Assembly: GCA_046734955.1 (NCBI GenBank)
Contig: JBKPSH010000021.1
Coordinates: forward strand, 11,968-75,967
Source: Acidobacteriota bacterium
GTDB taxonomy: Bacteria; Acidobacteriota; Vicinamibacteria; Vicinamibacterales; 2-12-FULL-66-21
Direction of reading: 5' to 3'
Length of the DNA: 64,000 nt
Shown: positions 10,392 through 19,545 of the stretch, in pieces
Numbering within the stretch: position 1 is the stretch's first letter
Layout of the letters: the number at the start of each line of letters is the position of its first letter
Notes under the pieces: model-generated
The model's input: only the letters and a program-made list of their open reading frames with translations
What the model was told of the DNA's origin: nothing
Database searches by the model: none
Position numbers and translations under genes: made by a program

Positions 10392-12428
10392 ATGAAATAC
10401 CTGACCGTGGCCGCCTGCGCGTTCTTTTTCGTATTCGTGTCGGCGCGCGCGCTGCGCGTGCCGTTCACCTACGATGAAGCGGCCTCCTATATCAGGTACA
10501 TCGATACTACTGTTCCTTCCGTTTTTGATACCAACGCGCTCTCGATCTTCAATTTCGAGGTGGCAACGAACCACTTTCTCAACACGGTCTTGACGAAATT
10601 GGTGCACATCGTTGGCGGTGCCAGTGAACTTGTGCTCCGGATGCCAAACCTGCTGGGGTATGCGCTGTATCTTGGTTTCGCGGTACTGATCCTGCGGCGC
10701 GTGACCAGTCCACTCATCGCTTTCGGCGGATTCCTTCTGTCGAACCTGAATCCATACCTGCTCGACTTCTTCGCCCTTAGTCGGGGATACGGGTTATCTC
10801 TGGGGCTGATGACGGCCTCACTGTTCTTCCTGCTGCAGTTTCTTGAGACATCGTCAGCTGGCCGGCTCGATGCAATCGATCTTTCGCGCGCGTTGACATT
10901 CGCATGCGCAGCGATCATGGCCAACTTCGCGTTGTTGAATGTTTACCTCAGCATGCTTGTCATCGTGATGATCGCCGCCGCCTTGTTCCACAGCCGCGCC
11001 GGGAATCCGCCGGTCCAGCATGCAGTTGCGGATGCGCAGCGTGGACCGCGAGCCGTTCCGTGGTTGCCACTGACGGCGGTAATTTTCATCCCGCTCGTCC
11101 TTTCGCAGGACAGTGGGCTGTCCGGTACGCTCTATCAGCCGGTCATCGTAAGGCTGGCCGGCCTGGACGACAGTGCCTTGAACCACGTCGGAGTTGTCCG
11201 GCTGGATATTCACGGTCGTGAATCCGGCCTTCGCAAGGGGATGGATTCGCACGAGTGGTCATCAAGCGGTCGATCTCACGTCCGCGGGCTGCGAATCGAC
11301 GTGCCGCCCGGAGAGGCGGAGAAGCTCACACGTATCGAAGTCGGGATCGGCACTCGTACGTTCTCGTTCGATTCCCACCCTACTGCGATGTGGAGTGTGC
11401 ATGACGATGGTGGGATCCGGCACTTCGAGTCGCCGCCATCTCTGTCGCTCCGTCGATCGCGCGTTTCCACTTTTCGCTCCGTCATCAACTGGAGTGGCGA
11501 CCGGGTGTATGCAGCTCAACTCGCGATTGCCAGTGCGGTCGCCTTAGGCATTCTTGCGGTTTGTGCCTTGTCGCTGCGGCTCCTCGAGCCGGTCGCAGTG
11601 CGCGCACGACTCGTGAGCCTCCTGGAATGGCGCATCCTTTCATCGTCCGTACTTTGGGTCGCGGTGCTTGCGGGCACGCCGTTGTACCTGCTGAAGCGAA
11701 ATTCCGAGCTCTATTTTGGCGGCACTCGCGGACTGATCGCCGATACGTTCACGTCGGTTGTCGAAGACACGTTCTACGGCAGGAATTACAGCGCCGGTCA
11801 AGTGACGGTCGTATTGGGGTGCATTGGAGGCCTGCTGGCCATCTTCTCCGCGGTGCTCGTCATCTCCTATCGACGCCGGGTACTCTCCACTGTGGGACCG
11901 GCCATTTCATTGCTCGCAATTCTGTCGCTCGTGTCGCTCTTTTTAGTCGCTCAACGATTCCTGTTCGGCACGGTGTACCTCGTTGGCCGCACGGCTTTGT
12001 TGTACATTCCGCTCTTCGCCCTGTTCTTTACGTTTGTGTGCGACGCGTTGGCCGAGTGCGGTCGCTTCGGCAAGACAGTCGCTGCACTGTTAGTGATCGC
12101 CGCCGTCAGCCTGACTTCGTTTCATTTCGCCCACTCCGCGAACCTCAAATACGTTCACGACTGGAAAGACGATGCCAGCACCAGGTCGATGATGGACGAC
12201 GTGCGCCAGTTCGCTTCGAACGGCCCGATGACCATCGGCGTCGAGAGAAGATTCGCGCCGGTAGCTGTCTATTACGCGCATCGAACACGGGCGCCGATCG
12301 AGGTTGTCGTTGCGCCCACCAGCCGCGCAGTGGATTTCCTCTATTTGGACGACGGCGAGGTCCATTCCGGCGACATCGTCAGTCGCTATCCGCTTACGCA
12401 CACTGCCCTTGTACGTATAAGTCGCTGA
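10392..12428 (+). CDS. polytopic membrane protein, possibly a GT-C fold (GT39/ArnT-like) glycosyltransferase
   Basis: 678-aa ORF with many TM segments and an acidic DE motif in the first loop (PFTYDEAASY), as in PMT/ArnT-type enzymes. A soluble insert of about 150 aa sits mid-protein. The family assignment is tentative. Confidence 0.6.
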   Translation: MKYLTVAACAFFFVFVSARALRVPFTYDEAASYIRYIDTTVPSVFDTNALSIFNFEVATNHFLNTVLTKLVHIVGGASELVLRMPNLLGYALYLGFAVLILRRVTSPLIAFGGFLLSNLNPYLLDFFALSRGYGLSLGLMTASLFFLLQFLETSSAGRLDAIDLSRALTFACAAIMANFALLNVYLSMLVIVMIAAALFHSRAGNPPVQHAVADAQRGPRAVPWLPLTAVIFIPLVLSQDSGLSGTLYQPVIVRLAGLDDSALNHVGVVRLDIHGRESGLRKGMDSHEWSSSGRSHVRGLRIDVPPGEAEKLTRIEVGIGTRTFSFDSHPTAMWSVHDDGGIRHFESPPSLSLRRSRVSTFRSVINWSGDRVYAAQLAIASAVALGILAVCALSLRLLEPVAVRARLVSLLEWRILSSSVLWVAVLAGTPLYLLKRNSELYFGGTRGLIADTFTSVVEDTFYGRNYSAGQVTVVLGCIGGLLAIFSAVLVISYRRRVLSTVGPAISLLAILSLVSLFLVAQRFLFGTVYLVGRTALLYIPLFALFFTFVCDALAECGRFGKTVAALLVIAAVSLTSFHFAHSANLKYVHDWKDDASTRSMMDDVRQFASNGPMTIGVERRFAPVAVYYAHRTRAPIEVVVAPTSRAVDFLYLDDGEVHSGDIVSRYPLTHTALVRISR

Positions 12429-12461
12429 TCACTCGCAGGAAAAGGTAAGATAGCCGCCATC

Positions 12462-13052
12462 ATGCGCACCGTGCTTGTTCCAATCATTGCCGTGATCCTT
12501 ATTCAGGCTCCGCAGACGTTCAACCCGGATACCGAGGGGTTCATTCGCAACTGGCTCGTGCTCGCGCCAATCGCAGTGCAGGAGGATTCAGGTGCGACGG
12601 AAATTGAGAAAGACTTTCTCAGCGGCGAAGCCACCATTCAGCCGAAGCCCGGCGACAAGGTGAATGTCGACGGCAAGATCCTGACCTGGACGGCGCACCA
12701 GGCTGCCGATTCCGTCGTTGATTTTCTAAAAGCCTTCGGAGCTGAACGCGGGGAGGACGTCGCGGCGTACGCGGTCGCGTATATCAACGCCGACGATCAG
12801 GTGAAAGCGCGTTTGGCGGTTGGTTCGAACGATCAGTGCAAGGTATGGCTGAATGGGAAACAGGTCATCAAGTTCACCGAAACGCGGACGCTGGACAAAG
12901 ACACCGACAGCGCTGATGTCGTTCTCAACAAGGGCCAGAACGTGCTCGTCTTCAAAGTGATTAACGAGAAGAACAACTGGCAGGGAGCGGCGCGATTCTT
13001 ACAGAACGGCGCTCCGGTGAAGAACATTCGGATCGCAACGACGCCGCAATAA
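12462..13052 (+). CDS. hypothetical secreted protein (beta-rich)
   Basis: 196-aa ORF with a hydrophobic N-terminus MRTVLVPIIAVILIQA and plausible coding composition. I do not recognise a family. Confidence 0.65.
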   Translation: MRTVLVPIIAVILIQAPQTFNPDTEGFIRNWLVLAPIAVQEDSGATEIEKDFLSGEATIQPKPGDKVNVDGKILTWTAHQAADSVVDFLKAFGAERGEDVAAYAVAYINADDQVKARLAVGSNDQCKVWLNGKQVIKFTETRTLDKDTDSADVVLNKGQNVLVFKVINEKNNWQGAARFLQNGAPVKNIRIATTPQ

Positions 13053-13937
13053 CTACGTTCTTGTTCCCTCCGCCGCGGGTTCGAGCGCGATTTCGTCGGT
13101 CGTCACCTTGAAGTGCGCGAGCCGTGCGCGACCGAAAGATGTCGTAATTGCGACATCGGTGGCGTCCAGCCCGGTGGCAATCAATACGCGACCAATACGC
13201 GGTGTGTTGTGCCGCGCGTCGCATGTCCACCATCGGCCGTCCAGGAACACCTCGAACCAGGCGCTGAAATCCATCGGAGAAGGCATTGGCGGGACGCCGA
13301 TGTCTCCAAGGTATCCAGTGACGTAGCGCGCCGGTATGTTGAGAGCCCGGCAAAAGGTGATGGCGAGGTGTTGAAAGTCGCGGCAGACGCCGACGCGTTC
13401 GGTGTAAGCTTCCAGCGCGGTGCGGGTTTGCCGCGCCTGCAGATAGCTGAACGTCAGTTTGTCGTGAACCCAGTCGCAAATCGCTTGGACACGCGTCCAT
13501 CCCCGCGGAACACTGCCAAAAAGCTCGACAGCGGTGTTCGATAACAAGTCGACCTCGCAGAATCGGCTCGGCAGCAGGAACCTCAATACCTCTGACGGCA
13601 GCTCATCCACAAGCATTTCGGCGGCGCCCGGATTGACGGCGTCCGGTTCACCGGAGTCCTCGATGACCGTGGAATTCGAGAGCCTCAGTCTTCCCTCCGG
13701 GGCCACGAACCGCGTGCAGATATTTCCAAACAAATCTTCGTAATCCGAGGTCGCGATCGGCGGTTCAACCTGCATTCTGTCCGGTTCCTGCAGGTCGTGC
13801 CGCCGGCTCGGATGCACGTTGAGCATCGCGACCATCGGCACGGGCGCGTCGATGTCGAACTGGATGTCGTAGCCAAGGCGAATGAGCACGACCTGGAGTC
13901 CCCGTTGCGCACACGGGCGCTGAATGGCTCGCAGCAA
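13053..13937 (-). CDS. transglutaminase-like family protein
   Basis: 294-aa ORF with a Cys-His-Asp core: GVCRDFQHLAITFCRALNIPARYVTGYL ... FSAWFEVFLDGRWWTCDARHN. The exact start is uncertain. The gene is divergent from the Anbu cluster. Confidence 0.85.
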   Translation of the reverse strand: MLRAIQRPCAQRGLQVVLIRLGYDIQFDIDAPVPMVAMLNVHPSRRHDLQEPDRMQVEPPIATSDYEDLFGNICTRFVAPEGRLRLSNSTVIEDSGEPDAVNPGAAEMLVDELPSEVLRFLLPSRFCEVDLLSNTAVELFGSVPRGWTRVQAICDWVHDKLTFSYLQARQTRTALEAYTERVGVCRDFQHLAITFCRALNIPARYVTGYLGDIGVPPMPSPMDFSAWFEVFLDGRWWTCDARHNTPRIGRVLIATGLDATDVAITTSFGRARLAHFKVTTDEIALEPAAEGTRT

Positions 13938-13957
13938 ACAGAGTGCCGGGTCAGCGC

Positions 13958-14020
13958 AACCTTCGCTTCGCCAACGCTACGGCGCTCCACCGGAGCCTTG
14001 GCGAAGGTGGAAGGCGGAAG
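13958..14020. repeat. REP-like GC-rich imperfect palindrome (CGCTACGGCG...AGCCTTGGCGRAGG family)
   Basis: CCTTCGC/TTCGCCAA pairs with TTGGCGAA/GCGAAGG. It shares the core CGCTACGGCG...AGCCTTGGCG.AGG with 22441-22497 and lies in the divergent spacer upstream of Anbu. Confidence 0.75.
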
Positions 14021-14173
14021 CCACGAACCGATCGGCCCGCGCATTGCTTGGCGAATCTGGCACGGCGATCGGACTGTGTCAGATCGATGAGCCAGAAGTG
14101 AATCCTTTTATGCCGCACGCAGATCACGGCGGGTATCATGGGAAGGATCATCTGACCGCCTCGCGAGGATGCT

Positions 14174-14962
14174 GTGACCTACTGCCTGGGAATTGTGACC
14201 GCCGAGGGCCTCGTCATGGCCTCGGATTCGCGTTCGAACGCCGGCTTCGATCAAGTGAACGTCTGCCGCAAGATGTACCGGTTCGCGGAAGAGGGCGAGC
14301 GCGTGTTCGTGATTCTCACGAGCGGCAGCCTGTCAATCAGCCAGTCGATCATGTCGCTGCTGCGCCTCGACTTCGAGAGCGGACGTGGTCTCGCGCAGAC
14401 TCGTTCGCTCTATCAGGCGGCGCGGATTGTCGGCGACTGTGTGCGCCGAGTCTCGGATATCGATCGCGCCGCGCTCGAACGCGACAACTTCTCGTTCAAC
14501 GTCAACCTGCTTCTTGGTGGCCAGGTGCGCGGCGAAGATCCCGGGTTGTACCTCATTTACCCGCAGGGCAATCCGCTGCAGGCGACCGAGGACTCTCCGT
14601 ATCTGCAGCTCGGAGAGTGCAAGTACGGCCGGCCGATCCTCGATCGCGGTATCGACACGCAAACGACGCTGGAAGTGGCGGCGAAGTACGCGTTGCTCTC
14701 GTTCGACGCCACCATTCGATCGAACGTGACGGTCGGGCCGCCCATCGATCTGTTGTTGTACGCGCGCGACTCGCTTCGCATTACCCGTTACCGGCGTCTC
14801 GCAGCGATGGATCCCGATCTCAATCTCATTCACACGTCGTGGGAGCAGTCGCTGCGTCGCGCGGTCGAGCAGTTGCCGGAGATTCGATTCGATACCGAGC
14901 ACCCGGCAACCAACGCGGAGACGATTTACTTCGCGCCCACGTCCGACGTCGGGCAGACCTAA
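14174..14962 (+). CDS. Anbu (ancestral beta-subunit) proteasome-type peptidase
   Basis: 262-aa ORF with a GTG start. The N-terminus M-TYCLGIVTAEGLVMASDSRSNAG places a Thr directly after the initiator, as the Ntn nucleophile. The gene sits in the classic neighbourhood with cpATP-grasp, alpha-E and transglutaminase. Confidence 0.85.
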   Translation: MTYCLGIVTAEGLVMASDSRSNAGFDQVNVCRKMYRFAEEGERVFVILTSGSLSISQSIMSLLRLDFESGRGLAQTRSLYQAARIVGDCVRRVSDIDRAALERDNFSFNVNLLLGGQVRGEDPGLYLIYPQGNPLQATEDSPYLQLGECKYGRPILDRGIDTQTTLEVAAKYALLSFDATIRSNVTVGPPIDLLLYARDSLRITRYRRLAAMDPDLNLIHTSWEQSLRRAVEQLPEIRFDTEHPATNAETIYFAPTSDVGQT

Positions 14963-14990
14963 TTGATTCACTGACGAAGCAGGGGGGCCG

Positions 14991-16451
14991 ATGACTACGT
15001 CCCTCCCTGTCACGCACGATCCGTTTGCCGAATACACGCTGACCGAGGCGTACGACGAGTTGTTCGATGCCAAGGCGCAGCCTCGGCGTCCCTACAAACG
15101 GCTCTACCGGGAGCTGATGAACCTGACACCCGAGGAGCTCGGGCGGAGCAAGCAGAAAGCGGATCTCAGCTTCTTCAACCAGGGCATCACGTTCACCGTC
15201 TACGGACGGAAAGAGGGAACCGAGCGGATCTTCCCGCACGACCTCATCCCGCGCATCATCTCCGGATCCGACTGGGACGTGATCGAACGCGGGCTCACGC
15301 AACGCGTGATCGCCCTCAATCTCTTTTTGAAAGACATCTATCACGAGCGTCACGCGCTTCGCGATCGGATCATTCCCGCAGAAGCGGTCTACAGCTCGCA
15401 TCATTTCCGCCGGCAGATGTCGGCCGTCAAGGTCCCGCGCGATGCCTACGTGAACGTGATGGGCACCGACCTCGTGCGGCTGCCAGACGGCCGATTCACG
15501 GTGCTCGAGGACAACCTGCGTGTTCCGAGCGGCGTCTCGTACATGCTCTCCAGCCGGAAGGTCATGAAACAGATCTTCCCGGCGCTATTTCGACGGTACG
15601 CCGTGCGTCCGATCGAGCAATACAGCCAGGTGCTGCTCTCTACACTTCGATCGCTCGCGCCGGACGGCCGCCGCGATCCGACCGTGGTTCTGCTGACGCC
15701 TGGCGTCTACAACTCGGCGTATTACGAGCACGCATATCTGGCGCGCCAGATGGGAATCGAACTGGTCGAGGGACGCGATCTGGTCGTCCACGACAACTAC
15801 GTCTATATGCGCACGACCAACGGTCTCCAGCGGATCGACGTCATCTATCGGCGTGTCGACGACGATTTTCTCGATCCGCTGGCGTTCCGGGTGGATTCGG
15901 CACTCGGGGCCGCGGGCATCTTCAGCGCCTATCGCGCTGGCAACGTGACGCTGGCCAACGCCCTCGGCACCGGTGTCGCCGACGACAAGGCGATTTACGC
16001 GTACGTGCCGAAATTGATCCGGTATTACCTCAACGAGGATCCGGTGCTCGACCACGTCGAGACCCACTTGATGACCGACGCCGTCGCGCGGCAGCACGTG
16101 TGCGACAACCTGCACAGTTTTGTCGTCAAGGCGGTCGGTGAATCGGGCGGGTACGGCATGCTGATCGGACCCCACAGCACCGATTCGCAGCGCCGCGAAA
16201 TGCGATCGCGAATTCTTGCCGATCCGCGGAACTACATCGCGCAACCGGTGCTGGCGCTGTCGACGGCGCCATGTTTCGTTGACGGCGGGATCCAGCCCCG
16301 GCACGTGGATCTACGGCCGTACGTGCTCTACGGAGAAAAAACCGTCATTGTGCCAGGCGGTCTGACTCGCGTGGCGCTGCGAAAGGGTTCCCTCGTCGTG
16401 AACTCGTCGCAGGGCGGCGGGTCGAAAGACACCTGGGTATTGCAGAACTGA
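14991..16451 (+). CDS. circularly permuted type-2 ATP-grasp protein
   Basis: 486-aa ORF. The sequence resembles the cpATP-grasp family that accompanies alpha-E and transglutaminase genes (…GITFTVYG…, …[17 protein letters not shown]…). Confidence 0.85.
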   Translation: MTTSLPVTHDPFAEYTLTEAYDELFDAKAQPRRPYKRLYRELMNLTPEELGRSKQKADLSFFNQGITFTVYGRKEGTERIFPHDLIPRIISGSDWDVIERGLTQRVIALNLFLKDIYHERHALRDRIIPAEAVYSSHHFRRQMSAVKVPRDAYVNVMGTDLVRLPDGRFTVLEDNLRVPSGVSYMLSSRKVMKQIFPALFRRYAVRPIEQYSQVLLSTLRSLAPDGRRDPTVVLLTPGVYNSAYYEHAYLARQMGIELVEGRDLVVHDNYVYMRTTNGLQRIDVIYRRVDDDFLDPLAFRVDSALGAAGIFSAYRAGNVTLANALGTGVADDKAIYAYVPKLIRYYLNEDPVLDHVETHLMTDAVARQHVCDNLHSFVVKAVGESGGYGMLIGPHSTDSQRREMRSRILADPRNYIAQPVLALSTAPCFVDGGIQPRHVDLRPYVLYGEKTVIVPGGLTRVALRKGSLVVNSSQGGGSKDTWVLQN

Positions 16452-16453
16452 GT

Positions 16454-17389
16454 ATGCTTTCGCGTGTCGCCGACAGTCTCTATTGGATGAGCCGCTACTT
16501 TGAGCGAGCGGACAACTGTGCGCGCGTGATTGACGCCACTCACTCGCTGATGCTCAGTCGAGCGCTCGTCGGTGTCGATGAGGGATGGTTTCGTGCCCTG
16601 GCCTGCATGGGCGTGCCGCCCGACGCGCCTGTCGAAGACCCGCAGGTGACAATGGGACGCCTCGCTGCTGATCCCGGAAACCGATCGTCAATCGTGTCGT
16701 GTGTCGGAGCGGCGCGGGAGAACGCGTCACAGGTTCGCGAAGAGATCAGCGCCGAGATGTGGGAACAGTTGAATCGGCTCTTTCATGAGATCGGCCGCTT
16801 CGAAATCGACCCGGAAGACGACGAGGCGGTCATGCGGCTGGTCGCTACGGTCCGCGAAGGCGCGTATAGCTTCTACGGAGTAACCGAGACCACGATGAGC
16901 CACGGCGAAGGCTGGCGGTTCGTGCAGCTCGGGAAATTCACCGAGCGCGCGTGCGCGGTGTCGCTGCTGCTCGACGCGTACTTCTCGACGGAAACGCGTG
17001 CCGACGACCTGGACTGGGTGGCGCTGCTCGCCAGCTGCGCCGCGTTCGATTCCTACTGCAAGGTGTTCACGGCGGATCTGCAGCCGTCGCGGATTGCGAA
17101 GTTTCTGCTCGTGCATCCGGAGTTCCCGTACTCGGTCCGCTACTCCGTCGAGCGTATGCACGAGTCGCTGGTCTCCATCATCGCGCAGTCGTCGGGACGG
17201 CAACGCGCGCGCATCGAACGAATCATCGGCCGGTTGCACGCGTCGCTGGCCTACACGCCGGTCGCCGAACTGCTGGGCGGCGATCTTCATGCCTTTCTCA
17301 ACGGTGTGCTCGAACAGTGTCGTGCCCTGCACGCCGCCGTGCACGAGACCTACATCGACTATCCGATTGAAGTCGCCTTTCAAAGCTGA
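16454..17389 (+). CDS. alpha-E domain protein
   Basis: 311-aa ORF whose N-terminus MLSRVADSLYWMSRYFERADNCARVID is the hallmark alpha-E start. It begins 3 nt after the ATP-grasp gene. Confidence 0.85.
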   Translation: MLSRVADSLYWMSRYFERADNCARVIDATHSLMLSRALVGVDEGWFRALACMGVPPDAPVEDPQVTMGRLAADPGNRSSIVSCVGAARENASQVREEISAEMWEQLNRLFHEIGRFEIDPEDDEAVMRLVATVREGAYSFYGVTETTMSHGEGWRFVQLGKFTERACAVSLLLDAYFSTETRADDLDWVALLASCAAFDSYCKVFTADLQPSRIAKFLLVHPEFPYSVRYSVERMHESLVSIIAQSSGRQRARIERIIGRLHASLAYTPVAELLGGDLHAFLNGVLEQCRALHAAVHETYIDYPIEVAFQS

Positions 17390-18351
17390 TGTTCTACGCC
17401 ATTCGCCACTTCAGCCGGTACCGGTATACGCGCCCTGTCTGGCAGAGCATGCTGGAAGTGCGGATGCATCCGCGCAGCGAAAACAATCAGCGATGCTTCA
17501 CGTTCCGGTTATCGGTGAATCCTCGGGCGCGCATCTTCTCGTTCGTCGACTATCTCGGAAACCAGGTGCACCATTTCGATTTGCCCTCGCACCATCGCGA
17601 GATCACGATCATTGCCGATTCCCTCGTCAACATCGAGCCGCCAGCGCTGGTGCCCGAATCGCTGCCGTTGGAATCGTGGACCGACCTGCGCCGGATGATC
17701 GACGAGGATGATCACTGGCAGATGCTGATGCCGAGCCACTATGCCCGCGGGTGCCCGCAACTCGACGACCTGGCGCGCGAGCTCCGTGTCCACGACGCCG
17801 CCGGCCGCGATCCACTCACGCTGGTCCGTCACATCAACGACGGCATTCATCGCGGCTTCGATTACGTTCGCAAGAGCACGGCGGTCAATTCACCGATCGA
17901 GGTCAGTCTTTCGTCGCGCCAGGGTGTCTGCCAGGATTTTGCCCACATCATGATCGCACTGGTCCGCGCGCACGGAATCCCGTGCCGGTATGTCAGCGGC
18001 TACCTGTTTCACGACGAGTCATGCCACGACCGCTCCGCGGAAGGGGCGACGCACGCATGGGTCGAGGCGCTCATCCCGCAGGTGGGCTGGGTGGGCTTCG
18101 ATCCGACCAACGACCTGATCGCCGGCAGCCGTCACATCCGGACCGCAATCGGGCGCGACTACGCCGACGTGCCGCCGACCCTGGGGACGATGAAGGGGCG
18201 GACGGAGACGGAGTTACAGGTCCGCGTCCGCGTCACACCCTCGCAGGCGCTCCTTCCTCCCGATCAGGAGTTTGCCGCCGACGAAGAATGGTCGCTGTTC
18301 CTCGAAAGCGACCAGCAGGCGCAGATCCTCTACGAGCAGCAGCAACAATAG
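17389..18351 (+). CDS. transglutaminase family protein (Bact_transglu_N plus transglutaminase core)
   Basis: 320-aa ORF with an ATGA overlap with the alpha-E gene. Core motifs are GVCQDFAHIMIALVRAHGIPCRYVSGYL, HAWVEA and GFDPTN. Confidence 0.9.
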   Translation: MFYAIRHFSRYRYTRPVWQSMLEVRMHPRSENNQRCFTFRLSVNPRARIFSFVDYLGNQVHHFDLPSHHREITIIADSLVNIEPPALVPESLPLESWTDLRRMIDEDDHWQMLMPSHYARGCPQLDDLARELRVHDAAGRDPLTLVRHINDGIHRGFDYVRKSTAVNSPIEVSLSSRQGVCQDFAHIMIALVRAHGIPCRYVSGYLFHDESCHDRSAEGATHAWVEALIPQVGWVGFDPTNDLIAGSRHIRTAIGRDYADVPPTLGTMKGRTETELQVRVRVTPSQALLPPDQEFAADEEWSLFLESDQQAQILYEQQQQ

Positions 18352-18392
18352 CCTGCGGCGGTGTTGCTGCTGGGTGTCAACGATCAATCTTC

Positions 18393-18421
18393 AATGATCA
18401 ATGTTGAATGCATTGATCATT
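18393..18421 (+). terminator. AT-rich hairpin downstream of the Anbu cluster (possible terminator)
   Basis: AATGATCAATG and CATTGATCATT form a perfect 11-bp inverted repeat with a 7-nt loop, 42 nt after the transglutaminase stop. The U-tract is weak (TTTCGTG). Confidence 0.35.
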
Positions 18422-18498
18422 TTCGTGTGGCGCCGCGTCTCATGTTTTGATACAAGAATCACGTTTCCAGACCAGTTTTTCACGCCGGAGGGCGCCGT

Positions 18499-19533
18499 AT
18501 GAACCCGTTCAGATACCGGGCCAGCGTCATTGTTTTCGTCTGCGCGGCGGTGGCCGCTGCACCAGCGTTTGCGCAGACGCAAACCAAGCAGGGACAGGGT
18601 GGCAGCGTCGTCAAGGGCGCGGCCGGTACCGAAGGACGAACCGACGGTGGCAATCTCGAACATTGCGCGGAGCCGATGGGTGCGATGGCTGTCGTCGAAC
18701 CGCAGGACGCGGTGCTCGTGGCGCTCACGCGGTACAACCTGCGATCGCCTGTCGGCCTAATACGCTTGATGATTCAGCAGTCCAACTGCTTCATCGTCAT
18801 CGAACGCGGCGTCGGCATGTCGAACATGATGCAGGAGCGCGCGCTCGCAAGCGGCGGCGAGCTGCGCCAGAACTCGAACATGGGCGGCGGACAAATGGTC
18901 GCGGCTGATTTCGTGCTGACGCCCAACGTCGTGTTCTCCGAGAACAATGCTGGCGGCGTCGGTGGTGCGGTCGGTGGATTGCTTGGACACAAGGCGGCCG
19001 CAGTCGGTGCGGTTGCGGGCGGGTTGAAGTTCAAGGAAGCGCAAACGAGCATGCTCGTGGCCGATGCGCGAAGCGGCGTGCAGGTCGCAGCCGCCGAAGG
19101 CAGCACGAAGAAAGCCGATCTCGCGGCGGGCGGGGCGCTCTTTGGCGGCAGCGCGGGCGGCGCAGTCGGTGGCTACGGCAACACGAACGAAGGCAAGATC
19201 ATCGCCGCAGCCTTGATGGACAACTACAACAAGGTCGTCACCGTCGTGCGCAACGATCCGGCTCTCCAGCGCAACGTTGGCTCTCTGAAACAGGAAGCGG
19301 CAGCCGGCGGGGTGAAGAAGGCCAGTGCGGTATTCGACGAGGGCGACGTGCTCATCCCGAAGATTGCCAACGTGAAGATGATGGCCGACGCCTCGGACAC
19401 GGCGAGGCCGGTCGCGACGCTCGGGCGTGCCGACGAAGTCGTCGTCGTTGGTGCCGTCAAGGACGGCTACGTTCACGTTCAGGGACCGACCGCGAGTGGA
19501 TGGGTCAAGGTCGTCTTGATGCAGAAGCGGTAG
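18499..19533 (+). CDS. secreted CsgG/HfaB-like protein with a C-terminal SH3-like domain (tentative)
   Basis: 344-aa ORF with signal peptide ...AAAPAFAQ. A Gly/Ala-rich central region is flanked by segments resembling CsgG-family lipoproteins. The C-terminal DVLIPKIANVKMMADASDTARPVATLGRADEVVVVGAVKDGYVHV looks SH3b-like. Confidence 0.5.
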   Translation: MNPFRYRASVIVFVCAAVAAAPAFAQTQTKQGQGGSVVKGAAGTEGRTDGGNLEHCAEPMGAMAVVEPQDAVLVALTRYNLRSPVGLIRLMIQQSNCFIVIERGVGMSNMMQERALASGGELRQNSNMGGGQMVAADFVLTPNVVFSENNAGGVGGAVGGLLGHKAAAVGAVAGGLKFKEAQTSMLVADARSGVQVAAAEGSTKKADLAAGGALFGGSAGGAVGGYGNTNEGKIIAAALMDNYNKVVTVVRNDPALQRNVGSLKQEAAAGGVKKASAVFDEGDVLIPKIANVKMMADASDTARPVATLGRADEVVVVGAVKDGYVHVQGPTASGWVKVVLMQKR

Positions 19534-19545
19534 AATCCGCGATTC

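Noticed and set aside
13050-13055. Convergent genes with directly abutting stop codons (TAA 13050-13052 and the complement of CTA 13053-13055) and no spacer.
   Set aside because: It is noted as unusual because there is no room for a terminator, but compact convergent junctions do occur. Nothing else distinguishes the site.
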